This document shows positions 11,909 to 23,147 of a stretch of 64,000 bases of DNA, piece after piece (position 1 is the first letter of the stretch; each line of letters opens with the position of its first letter). The notes beneath the pieces were generated by a model. It had not been told where the DNA came from. It did not search any database and saw only the letters and a program-made list of their open reading frames with translations. The stretch is from Camelus dromedarius (lineage: Eukaryota): the NCBI RefSeq assembly GCF_036321535.1, contig NC_087436.1, positions 68,388,001 through 68,452,000 of the forward strand, read 5' to 3'. Position numbers and translations under genes: made by a program.

Positions 11909-12054
11909 CCCGCCCCCACCTTTGGCACCAAGGATCAAGGGGTAGACTCTAATGATGTTTAAAACTGACCAATTCTTTAGCATTGATATTTTCGTAAGTG
12001 AGGCCACAAGGACCCCAGGCAAAAAAAAAAGAACTAAGCTAACATGTCTTCATA

Positions 12055-12242
12055 TGAGATCACCAGATAAAATACAAGATGCTCAGATAAGTTTGAATTT
12101 TAAATAAATAACGCCTTTTTAGTATAGGTGTGTCCCATATATTGCATGGGACATATTTATACTTTAAAAAGTATTTATTTTTTATTAAATTCACATTTGA
12201 CTGGGCACCCTATACTTTCATGTGCTAAATTCGGCCATGGTA
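12055..12242 (+). mobile_element. MER53 palindromic hAT MITE
   Basis: ccagataaaatacaagatgctcagataagtttgaattt...tttttagtataggtgtgtcccatatattgcatgggacatatttatact...aaattcacatttgactgggcaccctata...tgctaaattcggc matches recalled MER53. Confidence 0.9.
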
Positions 12243-12339
12243 CTTCAGTATCCCTTTCCTCCTCTTTTCTCATCCTCTCAGCTCCTTCCCTGAAAACTGG
12301 CTTGGGGTGGGGTCACCACCCAATCCTGCCAGTGGGGAT

Positions 12340-13160
12340 GGCAGTCCAGGAAGCCTTCCCAGAGGAGATGAGACCAAACTAAGTCAGGAAGAATAAACAT
12401 TATATAAAAGAAAGATTAGTTATGGAAGGGATGGGGAGGAGAATCCAAGCAAAGAGAATGGCATGACCAAAGGCACAGAAGCATGAAAAACCATGCATGT
12501 TATAGACACTACAAATCGCAGGGTTCCTGGAGTATGAACTACAGGACAGAGAGTAGCAGTGATGAAAATTACACGATCAGTGGGAGTAGATCATGGCCCA
12601 GTGTACCAAGATCAAGGGCCCGTTGCTGTAGGGCTCTTGAAATGTTTTAAGCAAGAGATTGATGTGATCCCATTTGCTTTTTAAATAAATCCCTTTTGAC
12701 ATCATGTAAAAACTAGCTGTGAGGAGGGCAGAACTGAAGGCAGAATTTCTTCTCAAGTAACTCGAACAGGTTGGCAAAGATGAGAAACTGAACTGGGATT
12801 ACATGAGCAGGATAGAGACTTGGGAGACAAACATGGTAAATATTTATGAGGGAAAAAACAACAGAGGATCTGATAACCAACTGGATGTGATGGGAGAGGA
12901 AGATGAGAGATCCTGGACTACTATGTGTGTTCTCCTTGGATAACAAGACTGGTGGTAAAATTCCAAACACAATGGGGGCAGGTGAGGAAGGGAAGTGGAA
13001 GATATCATGAGTTCAGTCAGGAGAAGATAATGTTTAGGTGCTTATGGGACATCAATATGAAAAATGCCCAGTAATTATTTTAACATATGAATCTGAGAGT
13101 CAGAAGGGCAAGTTTAGAGACAAAGATATGGTAGGCATCAGCACAAAAATGTATGTTTAT
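12340..13160 (-). mobile_element. L2 fragment
   Basis: ggaagccttcccagaggagatga, gagaatggcatgaccaaaggcacaga, ttttaagcaagaga...atttgcttttt, tgagttcagt...tgtttaggtgcttatgggacatc. Confidence 0.7.
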
Positions 13161-13189
13161 CAATTACGTTATGTTTGCCTGGATATGAT

Positions 13190-13640
13190 GTACTTCAACC
13201 AGACTAAAAATCAGTTTCTCCAGATCCAGATGTGTGGAGTCCAGGGCTGATATAAGCTGTCCCAGGGAGAGGCTCTCAGTGTTCTGCACCACCATCCTCA
13301 GCTTATGGTTTCCATCCTCAAGGTCATGTCCTGGTACCCCATGTGGCTCCACAAGCTCTGTCTATCTTGCCTGCATTCCAGGCAGCTGAACGAAGGCAAG
13401 GAGGGCAGGAGAGGGCATTTCCTAGCACCTTTTCAGAGTCTCCCCTGAAATCTCACAGCGTACTCCTGCTTGCAAGTCCTTAGCCAGATCTTAGATGCAG
13501 GGCCCCACCTCGGTACACTAGAAGTTAGGAAATGTAATCTTTTAGCTGAGTCCATTAACCCCATGTATAAAATCAGGGTTCAGCTACCAAGGAAGAGGGA
13601 TGTGTGGATACTGATTCAACAAAGAGTAATCTCTGTCACA
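13190..13640 (-). mobile_element. old MLT1 (MLT1K/L-like) LTR
   Basis: ccatcctcagc...ccatcctcaaggtca, gcattccaggcagc, ggaaatgtaatcttttagctgag, aaaatcagggttc, ctctgtcaca end. Confidence 0.65.
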
Positions 13641-14574
13641 TCATGAGAACAGATAAGATTAAGGAAGAACTTAAAGAGTAAAAACAGAACAGGTCAAGAA
13701 AGTCCCAAGGGGAGCAATTTAAAGGGCAGGCAAAAGGAAGACTGAGAAGGGAAAACAGTATAGGGAGGGGAAGAATCCAGGGAAGAAAGTACCTTTTCCA
13801 CAGTTTTCCAATTAATGATTCATTAAGCTTCTACAATAGAATCTGTATTACATCCTCAAGATTTAAATGGATGTTTTGGGGGGTTTTGATTGATTATTCC
13901 CATTCCCAGCTATGCTATTTGTATTGCACACTTGCTTATGCCTGATGTCTGTGGTCATTTAGCTTCTTCTAAATAGGCACCTTTGGAAACCACATTAGCT
14001 CCTTCAAGCCACTGGAATATGCTGGAGCAGCAACTTCGTTGATCTTCAGTTTTAGATGCTGAAATAATTTAGCTCATTCAGAAATGTGGGGTTAATGAGA
14101 ACATTAAAAGTAACAAACAATAGATGTCAAATTGGAACACTTTGCACAGAGCAGAAACAAAATCATACTGATACTCTTCAATAAAATAAACAGGGTTCAT
14201 TATTGAAAGTTGTCTTTAAAGCAAAATTCTGATATTGAAACCATATTTTTCTCATTCACTTGTGCTTCCTACGGAAAAAAATCAGGTCCAAGACATATAA
14301 AACAGAACTATCCTCCAGATCCCCTCACAGAAGGGAATGAGAAAATAAACAGGAAAGAGGAAAAGCAGCATTAGTCATAGTATACAGGTTTGTACCCTCT
14401 AGATAAAAAAGAAAGAAATTAGCAAGCTTGTCAATGAAAGGCAAAGTGGGATGAAATGAAGGACAGAAAGGAAAAAGGAGGCTCACTATCACCATCGCCT
14501 CCCAAAGCCAGCATGAGTGCACTTTCAAAGTGCAGTAAAGTTACTTACATGGCCATCTGTCTATTATCCAGAAA

Positions 14575-14757
14575 ATTCCAAGCTTCTAATAATGGTTTGG
14601 TCTTCCTAGCAACCAGCCCCCATTGAGGAGCCCACAAAGGGTCACCTCATTAGAGCAGAAGACACTGGTATCACCCAGGAAATCCCAAGGGACTTAGGAA
14701 CTTTACGCCAGAAACAAGGGACAGAGACCAATACCTATTTTTCCCATTATCTCACAA
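14575..14757 (-). mobile_element. MER21-like LTR fragment
   Basis: gcaaccagcccccattgaggagcccac...gtcacctcattagagcagaagacactggtatcacccaggaaatcccaaggg; similar to 610-831. Confidence 0.8.
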
Positions 14758-15260
14758 GGTGTATTCAGATACACTAACAAATAAAATGCTGATTAAGACT
14801 GTCTCAGGTAACAGAGAGCCCGTTATTTTTAAATTTTCACATGTAGGTATTTGTTATGCAGTTAGGGATCTCAGAAAACTAGACCTAGAAACTTAGGTCA
14901 CCCAAAGTTTTTCTGAAATTATGTACATGATTGATTTTAACTTTAATTAATCCTTTTAGATAAAAATATACAACATGGTTTCTTCCTTATCCTTCCCCTC
15001 CTCATTTGATTACCTTTTAGTATCTGTTTGGAACACAGTGGCACAAATCACCTCTCCAGGTGGTTTACCAACCCCAGATTTTTTAGTCAGAGGCAAATGT
15101 AGAAATACAAATAACAAATACAATATTCTCCAAATTGACATTATCTCTAACTTCAGTACCAACAAGATCATTTACACGCATTAGATTACTTTCAGACATC
15201 TTGCTTCTATGCTGATAGGTTTAATGCCAGTGCCATAGCCATTGTTACAATCCGTGGTAA

Positions 15261-16068
15261 GTACCAGTTTCCTATTGCTGCTGTAACAAATTACCACACA
15301 CTTAATAGCTTAAATCAATTACTTTTTAAAATGTTAAGGTCAGAACTGAAGTGGGTTTAGTGGATGTCTTGGTCCATTTGGGCTGTTATAACAAAATACC
15401 ATAGACGGTAGCTTATAAACAACAGAAATTTTTATCTTGCAGTTCTGGAGGCTGAAGCTGAAGATTGGGCGAGGGTGCCCTTCTGGGTTGCAGACTTCAC
15501 ACTGCATCCTCACATGAGGAAAGGGCTAGGGAGTTCTGTGGGGTCTCTGTTATAAGGGCACTAATCCCATTCATGAGGGCTTCACCCTCATGACCTAATC
15601 ATCTCCCAAAGGCCCTACCTCCTAATACCATCACATTGAGCATTAAGATTTTGTATGAATTTGGAGGGGATGCAAACATTTAGACCACAGAAATGGGCTC
15701 AAATCAAGATGCTGGAAGGGCTGCATTCTTTTTGAAGGATCTAGGGGAAAACCCATCTCCTTGGATTTTTCAGCTTCCAGAGGTTGTCTCCTTTCCTTAG
15801 CTCATGGTCCCTTTATCTTCAAATTCCAGTGGTGGGGCATCTTCAAACCTCTCTAACTCCGGCCCTCACTCTCCTGCGTCTTTCTTTCCCTTGTAAGAAT
15901 CCTTATGATTATATGGGCCAACCTAGGTAACCCAGGATAATCTCCCCGTCTGAAAATCCTTAACTTAATCACACCAGCAAAATTTCTTTCACCACATAAA
16001 CTAATATATTCACAGTTCTGGGGTATTGAAACATGAACTTTTGGGACAATATTATTCTACCTACCACA
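15261..16068 (-). mobile_element. MLT1D-like LTR hosting a nested MLT1A
   Basis: agtttcctattgctgctgtaacaaattaccac at left; resumes at about 15693 with gggctcaaatcaagatgctggaagggctgcattc; ends ttctacctaccaca. Confidence 0.85.
15365..15692 (-). mobile_element. MLT1A/MLT1A0-like LTR nested in MLT1D
   Basis: tgtcttggtccatttgggctgttataacaaaataccatagac...ttataagggcactaatcccattcatgaggg...acctcctaataccatcacatt...aaacatttagaccacag. Confidence 0.88.
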
Positions 16069-16132
16069 ATAACAAAGAAAATTGGTAAGAGAATCTTAGT
16101 AGATCATCTACACTATTTTTAAAAGAAATCAG

Positions 16133-16272
16133 GGGGGAGGTTATAGCTCAAGTGGTAGAGCGCAAACTTAGCAAGCACAAGGTCCTGGGTTTGATCCCTG
16201 GTACCTCCTTTAAAAATAAATAAATAAATTAGTCCCCCCACCAAATACATTTTTTTAAATAAATAAAAAATA
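16133..16272 (+). mobile_element. tRNA-Ala-derived SINE (camelid vic-1-like)
   Basis: ggggaggttatagctcaagtggtagagcgcaaacttagcaagcacaaggtcctgggtttgatccctggtacctcc (tRNA-Ala(AGC)-like, with A and B boxes), A-rich tail, TSD aaaagaaatcag (16121-16132) / aaaagaaattag (16273-16284). Confidence 0.9.
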
Positions 16273-16457
16273 AAAAGAAATTAGATTACTCCGGGCAAGT
16301 TGTATCACTATGTTCCTTAGAAAGGGCACTGCATCCTATTTTCCCAGTCACTTCACATAGTTAACTATCTTCTACAAAATCTTAACTTACTCCCAAAGAA
16401 ATAACATGAACCATAGAGAGAACATGGCTTTGTGTGGTTCTTAAACTGTGCAGCCTT

Positions 16458-16653
16458 TTTTATCTATTCTACAATTGAAATCCCAGTCTATCCCACAGGG
16501 AAATATACACAAAATGTTATGATAACTCACAGAGAAAACAATGTGACAATGAGTGTGTATATGTCCATGAATGACTGAAAAATTGTGCTGAACACTGGAA
16601 TTTGACACAACATTGTAAAATGATTATAAATCAATAAAGAATGTTAAAAAAAA
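16458..16653 (+). mobile_element. young lineage-specific L1 3' end with short 5' inversion
   Basis: ends cactggaatttgacacaacattgtaaaatgattataaatcaataaagaatgtt plus A tail; TSD tgtgcagcctt at 16447-16457 and 16654-16664. Confidence 0.9.
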
Positions 16654-16943
16654 TGTGCAGCCTTAACCCAGCAAATCTTAACTTCTGTTTTTCAAAAGTC
16701 AAAGGCATGACTAAAATCATTGCTCTGCCATATAATCAAAGGTCTTAGGACAGAAACTAAAGTCTTTTATTGTGATTCTATGCATTGTCCACAGAACTGG
16801 GCAGTAACCTCTACAAAAGAAAAGTATCAGAGTTACAAAGAACAAAGATTATCCACTTTACTTTACACATTCAGGCAGGTAAGAGAATCTATTCTGGCCT
16901 TAAAGTTCCCTAGAGGTTTCTTATTTTTCTGAAATGAACATAT

Positions 16944-16945
<2 letters not shown>

Positions 16946-16975
<30 letters not shown>
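16946..16975. repeat. (GT)n microsatellite
   Basis: Direct reading. Confidence 0.95.
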
Positions 16976-16977
<2 letters not shown>

Positions 16978-17419
16978 TTAGTTTGTTTAAAAGATCTCCA
17001 GAGGAGAAAAAATAATTTACCTCAGTAACCTTTTCAAATAGGAAATAGCTTTGATTTTCCTTACACTGGCTAATCTCTGTGTGGCTGTCAGATAATACCA
17101 TTTAAGTAGAAGGCAAGAAAAAGAGGTCAGAAACCCATCTTGCTCTTGCTCAGAATAGCAATACAAAAAGAGAAGAAAGTATCAGGACAGTTTTTACCGA
17201 TCTCTTTTTCCTAATACAGGAGAAAATTTCCATTTAAGGCAGAATGAATTTTAGCCCTTTTACCAATTTCATTCATGTCCAAAAGTAATTTAATAAAATT
17301 GAAAAATGTACACGTGATATGGTCAATGAGATATACACAGACATAGGTATAACTCACTCTTAACAGCATAGACAGAACTCTTATTCTAAACGTCTATATT
17401 CTTAGAATCAGAAGAAAGG

Positions 17420-17630
17420 TATATTGCTGAGACTGGGGCTCTGGGCTCCTAAGACAGGTTTTATTACCTACTCTCTAAACGACCTTGAGCAAAAGACTTG
17501 ACCTTTCTCAACTTTGTTTCCCTGTCTGGAAAGTGTAGATAACAGTACCTATCTCACAGGTTGCTGTCAAGGGCTCAGTGCAATGTCCGTACCTACCAAG
17601 AGCACAATAAATGTTCGCCATTATCATAAT
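17420..17630 (+). mobile_element. MIR
   Basis: gaccttgagcaaaagacttgacctttc...tgtttccctgtctggaaagt...ataacagtacctatctcacaggttgctgt...aataaatgttcgccattatcat. Confidence 0.8.
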
Positions 17631-18294
17631 CTAAAAGTCACTCCAGAATTGGAAAGAGATATATTAAAAATAAACAACCATCTGAAACCCAAACTCAATC
17701 CTAGAATATGAAAAAAAATTAAAGAAATGTATATGAATCAGTCGGTTATAAGTCAAATTTTTGTCCAGGTCTTATTTTGTCACTGTTGAGCCACAATTCC
17801 TCAATTTATTCTTTTCATCGAGTAATCTACTGAGAAGGTCTGTCATTAAAAATTTCATTGCTTTGATGCCCTATGTAGAAGAAATTGATAAGGAGAGCTA
17901 CTTCATTTTTATTAAGGAATTAACCCTTAAACATCCCAGGATCGCAAAAACAACCACCAACCCTTGGGCATTGGTTAATTATGGAAAATCAAGGAAAACT
18001 GGGGTCTTACTGACTCACAATCTGGTGTGGTTTCAGAACAAAATTAATATCCAAATGCAACAAAACTGTAGAAAAGAGGCCAGGTGTATGGAAGGTGGTC
18101 AATAAATATTCTTACATGAAGGACAGGAAAGAGGCAGAGAGAGCTAGGAAGGTAGGGGGACGGAGAGAAGTAGGGAGGAAGGAAGGAAAAGAGGGTTACT
18201 CTTGTTCTCCAGAGATGACAGAGGATGGCTCATTGCCAATCTTGTCCCTTCTTGCTCACTCAACACTCCACATTTTCCAGCCTCCCCCTTCCCA

Positions 18295-18295
18295 C

Positions 18296-18368
<73 letters not shown>
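18295..18368. repeat. compound (CT)n(CA)n microsatellite
   Basis: Direct reading. Confidence 0.97.
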
Positions 18369-18371
<3 letters not shown>

Positions 18372-18997
18372 CAATCCAGAGTCTAGTTTTAAATTCATGG
18401 GGTTCATCCAGAAACTGATCCTGGATGTGTGATTCATCCCCACACAAGCCATTCAAGTTTCTACATTTGAACTTGAGTTGCTCTGCCAAAACTAACTTCC
18501 TCTGTAACAAAGTCTATCTCCCTGGCAAGCAGTCCCTGACTTAGCAATGGCCCATTCACACGAATGGCTGTCATCATTCTTGTCCTATGCTCTATTTTAC
18601 TGGAACATAAAAGCAGTTCAGAAAACACTTATGTGCTTGTAGAGAACTTACTGGTTTGGAAGAGAGGGTGGAAAGAAGTTTTAAAAAGGTAAAGGCATTT
18701 CTATTGCCTCTCACGCTGGGAACAGTTTCCCAAGTAAAGTTCATCGGGCCTAGCCAGCCCTCTTCTGCCTGATATCATTACTAAACATACCTGTTTGTGT
18801 GTCATCTCACCTTGTTCTTTTGCCTAAAAGTCTGTAAATTAGATACTAATTTGGGTTATTAAGCATTCTCCTTAGCAATGTATATGCTTTCCAAAAAGTT
18901 AATAGGCTTTCAATCATGAACATATTCATTGTGAACCAATTCAATTAGATTGCCTTCTTCCTAGTCTCTGGAAAGCATTTAAGTTAAAAAGTTTTGC

Positions 18998-19586
18998 AAA
19001 AACACCATTTCAAAAAGATACACACACCCTGATATTCATAGCAGCACTATTTATGGTAGCCAAGATATGGATGCAGCCTGAGTGTCCACTGAATGGCTAA
19101 AGAAGATGTGCTGCATAAATACATACAATGGAACATCTCAGCCATAAGAAAAGAATGAGATTTTGCCATTTGGAAAACATGGATGGACCTGGATGGTATT
19201 ATGCTTAGTGGAGTAAGTCAGACAGAGAAAGGCAAATACTGTATGTTAACACTTATACATGGAATCTAAAAAAAAAAAAAAAAACATAACAAAAAAACAA
19301 AATAAACAAAACAGAAACAGACTCCCAGATATAGAGAACAAACTAGTGGTTACCAGTGTGGAGGAGGGAAGGGCGAGGGGCAGGATAGGGGTAGAGAATT
19401 AGAAGGTACAAACTACTATATATAAAATGGATAAGCTACAAAGGGAATAGGGCCAATAATTCAGAATAACTTTAAATGGAGTATAATCTACAAAAATATT
19501 GAATCACTATATCATATACCTGAAACTCATGTAATATTGTAAATCAACTATACTTCAGTAAAAATTTATCTTTATTTTAAAAAAAG
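18998..19586 (+). mobile_element. L1 3' end (ORF2 C-terminus and 3' UTR), laurasiatherian/artiodactyl type
   Basis: tcatagcagcactattta...gccaagatatgga, catggatggacctgga, agtcagacagagaaaggcaaatactgtatg, gagaacaaactagtggttaccag, ttgtaaatcaactatacttcagtaaaa. Confidence 0.9.
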
Positions 19587-19639
19587 AGTTTTAATTCTGA
19601 AGAAAATATGAAGGTAATTTAGGAGCATTGAGAACATTT

Positions 19640-19730
19640 TTTCATTTATTCACCTGTTCATTCATTCATTCATTCATTCAGACACACTGAATGCTTCTAG
19701 GAGCCAGGCCCTGTTCCAGGCACTGGAGCA
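19640..19730 (-). mobile_element. L2 3' tail
   Basis: (ttca)n followed by actgaatgcttctaggagccaggccctgttccaggcactgg. Confidence 0.75.
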
Positions 19731-20337
19731 CTTAGTGGCTAAGGGTGGCCATGGGAGGGGCAGGTGTTCACGTGCCACAATGGAGGGCTTAGGGCAGAAT
19801 GAAAGCAACAGATTTTATAATATGAATTCCTGAGAGGTTAAAAAAATATTAAATTATCAAGGCAAGGGAAAGAAATGGAAGAGTGACAGGCAAATTTTAT
19901 GTATTTGAAAAATTTATCTCATCAAAGAAAGAAAAATATTTTTTCCTTTCTTCCCTGAATCACCCACTGTTTCCAGCACACAAAACATAATAGAAATAAT
20001 ATAATTTAGCCATCTCCTGGTCTTATGATAAAAATTCATTCTGAGTGGGATGAGAGGCTTACTATTGATTTTATACTCTTTTAAGGTGTTTTAAGACTTG
20101 ACTTACTTCCATTTAAAACAAACCTACAGTTATACTACCCCAAGAACCATGATGATCAGGAATTCCTGTTCTGGATATTTGTATTGATGACACCTCAGAA
20201 ATTACTAAAGAATGAGACTGAATCTTGAATGTAAAACGCATGAGGGTTCCCTCCGTGTTGCATTACACTTACTGTCAAGTTGTTTTTCTTATTGACTCAT
20301 TCTCACGTGTCACTCGTGCCCTCAGTATGCCTGCCTC

Positions 20338-20934
20338 TGTTAGGCAGTTAGATAGAAATGAGCACTGGGCAGGGGGAGAGGAAAGGGAATGGAGCAACCC
20401 AGAAAATAACAGTACCTCTGCACTCTGGATAAGGGACTCTAAAAACTTTTACTTTCTCTAAATGGCTAAAATTGAATGCTGCAGCTGCACAATAGAGAGA
20501 GGACCCAGCTTAACCTGACCCAATGCTCATTATAATGTAATTAACATTGCAGTTTGAGCCCCTCCTGTAGGTTTCTCTGTGTGCATCATGGGTAAGAACA
20601 TGCACAAAAGGGATGGGCATGCCTGAGCACAAGGAACCTGAGCTGTCAGTCAATCAGTCTGAGCACTCAAAGAACATGAGCTGTCAATCAATCAGCCAAG
20701 AAAACACCCCTAAGCCAGGATACAAGATGGGAAAAACAAAGGAGCGGTGCCATTTTTCCTCTCCTGGATTGGCCTGCTCCCAATTCTCGGAAGTGTGCTA
20801 TATTTTACTACCTTTTTGCTTCACTAATGAAATCTTGCTTTTTTAACGTTAAGCTTTCTGTCTCTTGTTAAAGATTCATTTTTGGGGAGTGACTAAGAAC
20901 TGAGGTAATTCTTATTTCCCTCCTCCTGGTAACA
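20338..20934 (+). mobile_element. ERV1-like solo LTR
   Basis: TGTTA...TAACA inverted termini; 4-bp TSD cctc (20334-20337) / cttc (20935-20938); internal ~38-bp direct repeat at about 20626-20697. Confidence 0.75.
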
Positions 20935-21791
20935 CTTCTACCTTGCTTCCCATCCCATTTGCTGCTCTACCACAGACAGTCCAGCCTCTTCTGCTAGTTG
21001 TATGGGAAACAGGATCACTCCTGTCTGAGAAATTCCCCCATAAGAAAAGTACATGAGTTTTGATGAATGAACTTTGCGACATTTAATTTAATGTTCAAAT
21101 ATTTTCCTACATCATTTCTCTGCTCTGTTCTGGGTAACTGAGGATGTCAGACCTCAGTTATAAATGACCTCCAGTTATAAAGTATAATGTTGCAATTTAC
21201 CATAATGAAATTGGAATGGACGTTCACAGTGGAGGAACTGATTCATTCATGCAATGATCAAGATATATTTTGTGTTCTTAAAAAAAAAACCTCTTACCTT
21301 CAACTGCATTTGCTGTATTCTCATTCTCACATTAACGAGTGACAACTGACCTATAGGACAGACAACCTCAGTGAAGTCCAGGGACAAAAGCCAGTCATAG
21401 GTGAAATCATAGGTGAAAAAGGCTAATACATACCTCGTACTATATTTGAGGTGTACAGAGGTTTTTCTTCCCCAAATATGTTTCTTATCTAATAGCTGAT
21501 TCTTTGTTAAAGCTCTGTCTTGCTTAAAGCTTCTTACTTCTTATGATAAGGCAAATGTTCGTGGAATACTTTTGTTTTCCAAATTAAAAACTACAATATT
21601 CTCTATAGCAGTCTCCTTAGCAATGCAAATGCTTCCTCAAAGGTGATGGGCTTTCAGTCATGAACATACTCATTTTGAATTAGCTCAGTCAGATTGCTTT
21701 CCTCCTAACTCCTGGAAGGCACTTGAATTAAAGAGATATTTGATTCTGAAGAATATGTATTTTTCAATTTATTCATGAGCCCTTCCTCCTA

Positions 21792-22239
21792 TGTGGGAAG
21801 ACTGTAAACTGTCCCCCCAAATCCTTCTCCCCTTCTTACACAGAAATAAAAGTGTAACAAACTATATGACTGGCTTGAAAGACTACAATTCCTGACCTCC
21901 TCTGCAGGTAGATGTGGCCACATGACAACAGTGAGCAGGGTGATATGCTTTTCTTTGGCAATGTCTCCAGACAATAGGAGGACACTCTCCTCACTCTCTT
22001 TCCCCTTCCTTCTGAAAGGAAACTGGACATAGCAGAGACCCAGCACACACAAGACGATGCCCTGGGAGAGGAAGGAACACAAGAAACCTGGGTTCCTGAG
22101 TGTCCTTGTGGAGCAGAGCTGCCCAGCAAACCAGCTGCTCTCGAGTGTGCTATGGGAATGAAACAAATGACTATTTGAGTTGAGCTATTGAATTTAAAGG
22201 TCTTTTGGGGAGCAGTTTATCTTTATTCTAACTAATACA
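21792..22239 (+). mobile_element. old MLT1/ERVL-type LTR
   Basis: tgtgggaagactg...gactacaattcctgacctcctctgcaggtagatgtggccacatgac...gaaacctgggttcctga...ctaactaataca. Confidence 0.7.
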
Positions 22240-23029
22240 TCTTAGAAGCAGCCACATTGTTTATTCCTCCCTCTCCTGTAACTTCAACTTCACCTTGACT
22301 CCTTCCTCCTCTCAGCATTTATAGATACTAAAAATACTTAATATTGAAAAATAACGATCTCTCCACTCCATATCCTCCACCATCTCCCACTCTTTCTTCT
22401 TTCTGTATTTGCCAGACCTCCTCAAAATAATGTTTAAACTGTCTCTGCTTCTTGAATTTTTATTGAAGCATATTATCCTGCTCTGACTCCACCACCATCT
22501 TAAGGCTAAATCTTTATCATCTCACTTATTTGGCCATCTCGATCTCTTCAATTCACTCACCCACCTTCTGTGACCCACTATCCTCATTTCCTCTGCTTCC
22601 CTGGCTACTCCTTCCCAGGCTCCTGGTAGATTACTACCCCTCCACCTCTCCTTCATTGTTGGGGTAGCTCACTCAGCATTATGTCCTAGGCCCTCCTCTC
22701 TGGCCATTCTTCATTGCACACCCCTCTTGCTTGATTTCTTCCCCTCTGGTAGCTCTCAAATGGGTAGTTCCAGTCCAGACCAGTCTCTTGAACTTTCTGG
22801 CCATTTATGCAGTTGTCAACTGTCCTCTGAATGTCCCAATGATCCCTTCAATCTAAGTGTGTCCAAATGCAAACTCATTATCTCCCTGTCCCAGTGAATC
22901 AACAAACGCTGAATCTCCTAATTATTTGTTGAGTCTTCACTCCTCTCCATCTCCAATAAGACTATTTTTGTTCAGACAGTACATTATAGTGATTTAAATG
23001 ACTGTCTGTGTTCAAATAGCAATTACCCC

Positions 23030-23060
23030 ACTAACTAACTAACTAACTAACTAAACTAAC
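23030..23060. repeat. (CTAA)n tetranucleotide repeat
   Basis: actaactaactaactaactaactaaactaac. Confidence 0.85.
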
Positions 23061-23084
23061 TGTGTGACACTAGGAATATTTCTT

Positions 23085-23147
23085 TTTTTTTTTAACTTTT
23101 TTTATTGATTTATAATCATTTTACAATGTTGTGTCAAATTCCAGTGG
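23085..23147 (-). mobile_element. 63-bp L1 3'-terminal insertion, same family as 16458-16653
   Basis: poly(T) then aacttttttttattgatttataatcattttacaatgttgtgtcaaattccagtg (reverse complement of 16593-16653); perfect 13-bp TSD aggaatatttctt (23072-23084, 23148-23160). Confidence 0.92.

Noticed and set aside
11657..12022. ER-repeat and SL-repeat ORFs
   Set aside because: (CT)n microsatellite translations; the same applies to the TH/VC-repeat ORFs at 7018-7356 and 18095-18510
16133..16207. tRNA-Ala gene
   Set aside because: Disrupted stems and B box, followed by a SINE body, A-rich tail and TSD; it is a SINE head
20596..20624. p53 response element
   Set aside because: Only one perfect half-site (gggcatgcct); the partner is imperfect and 9 bp away
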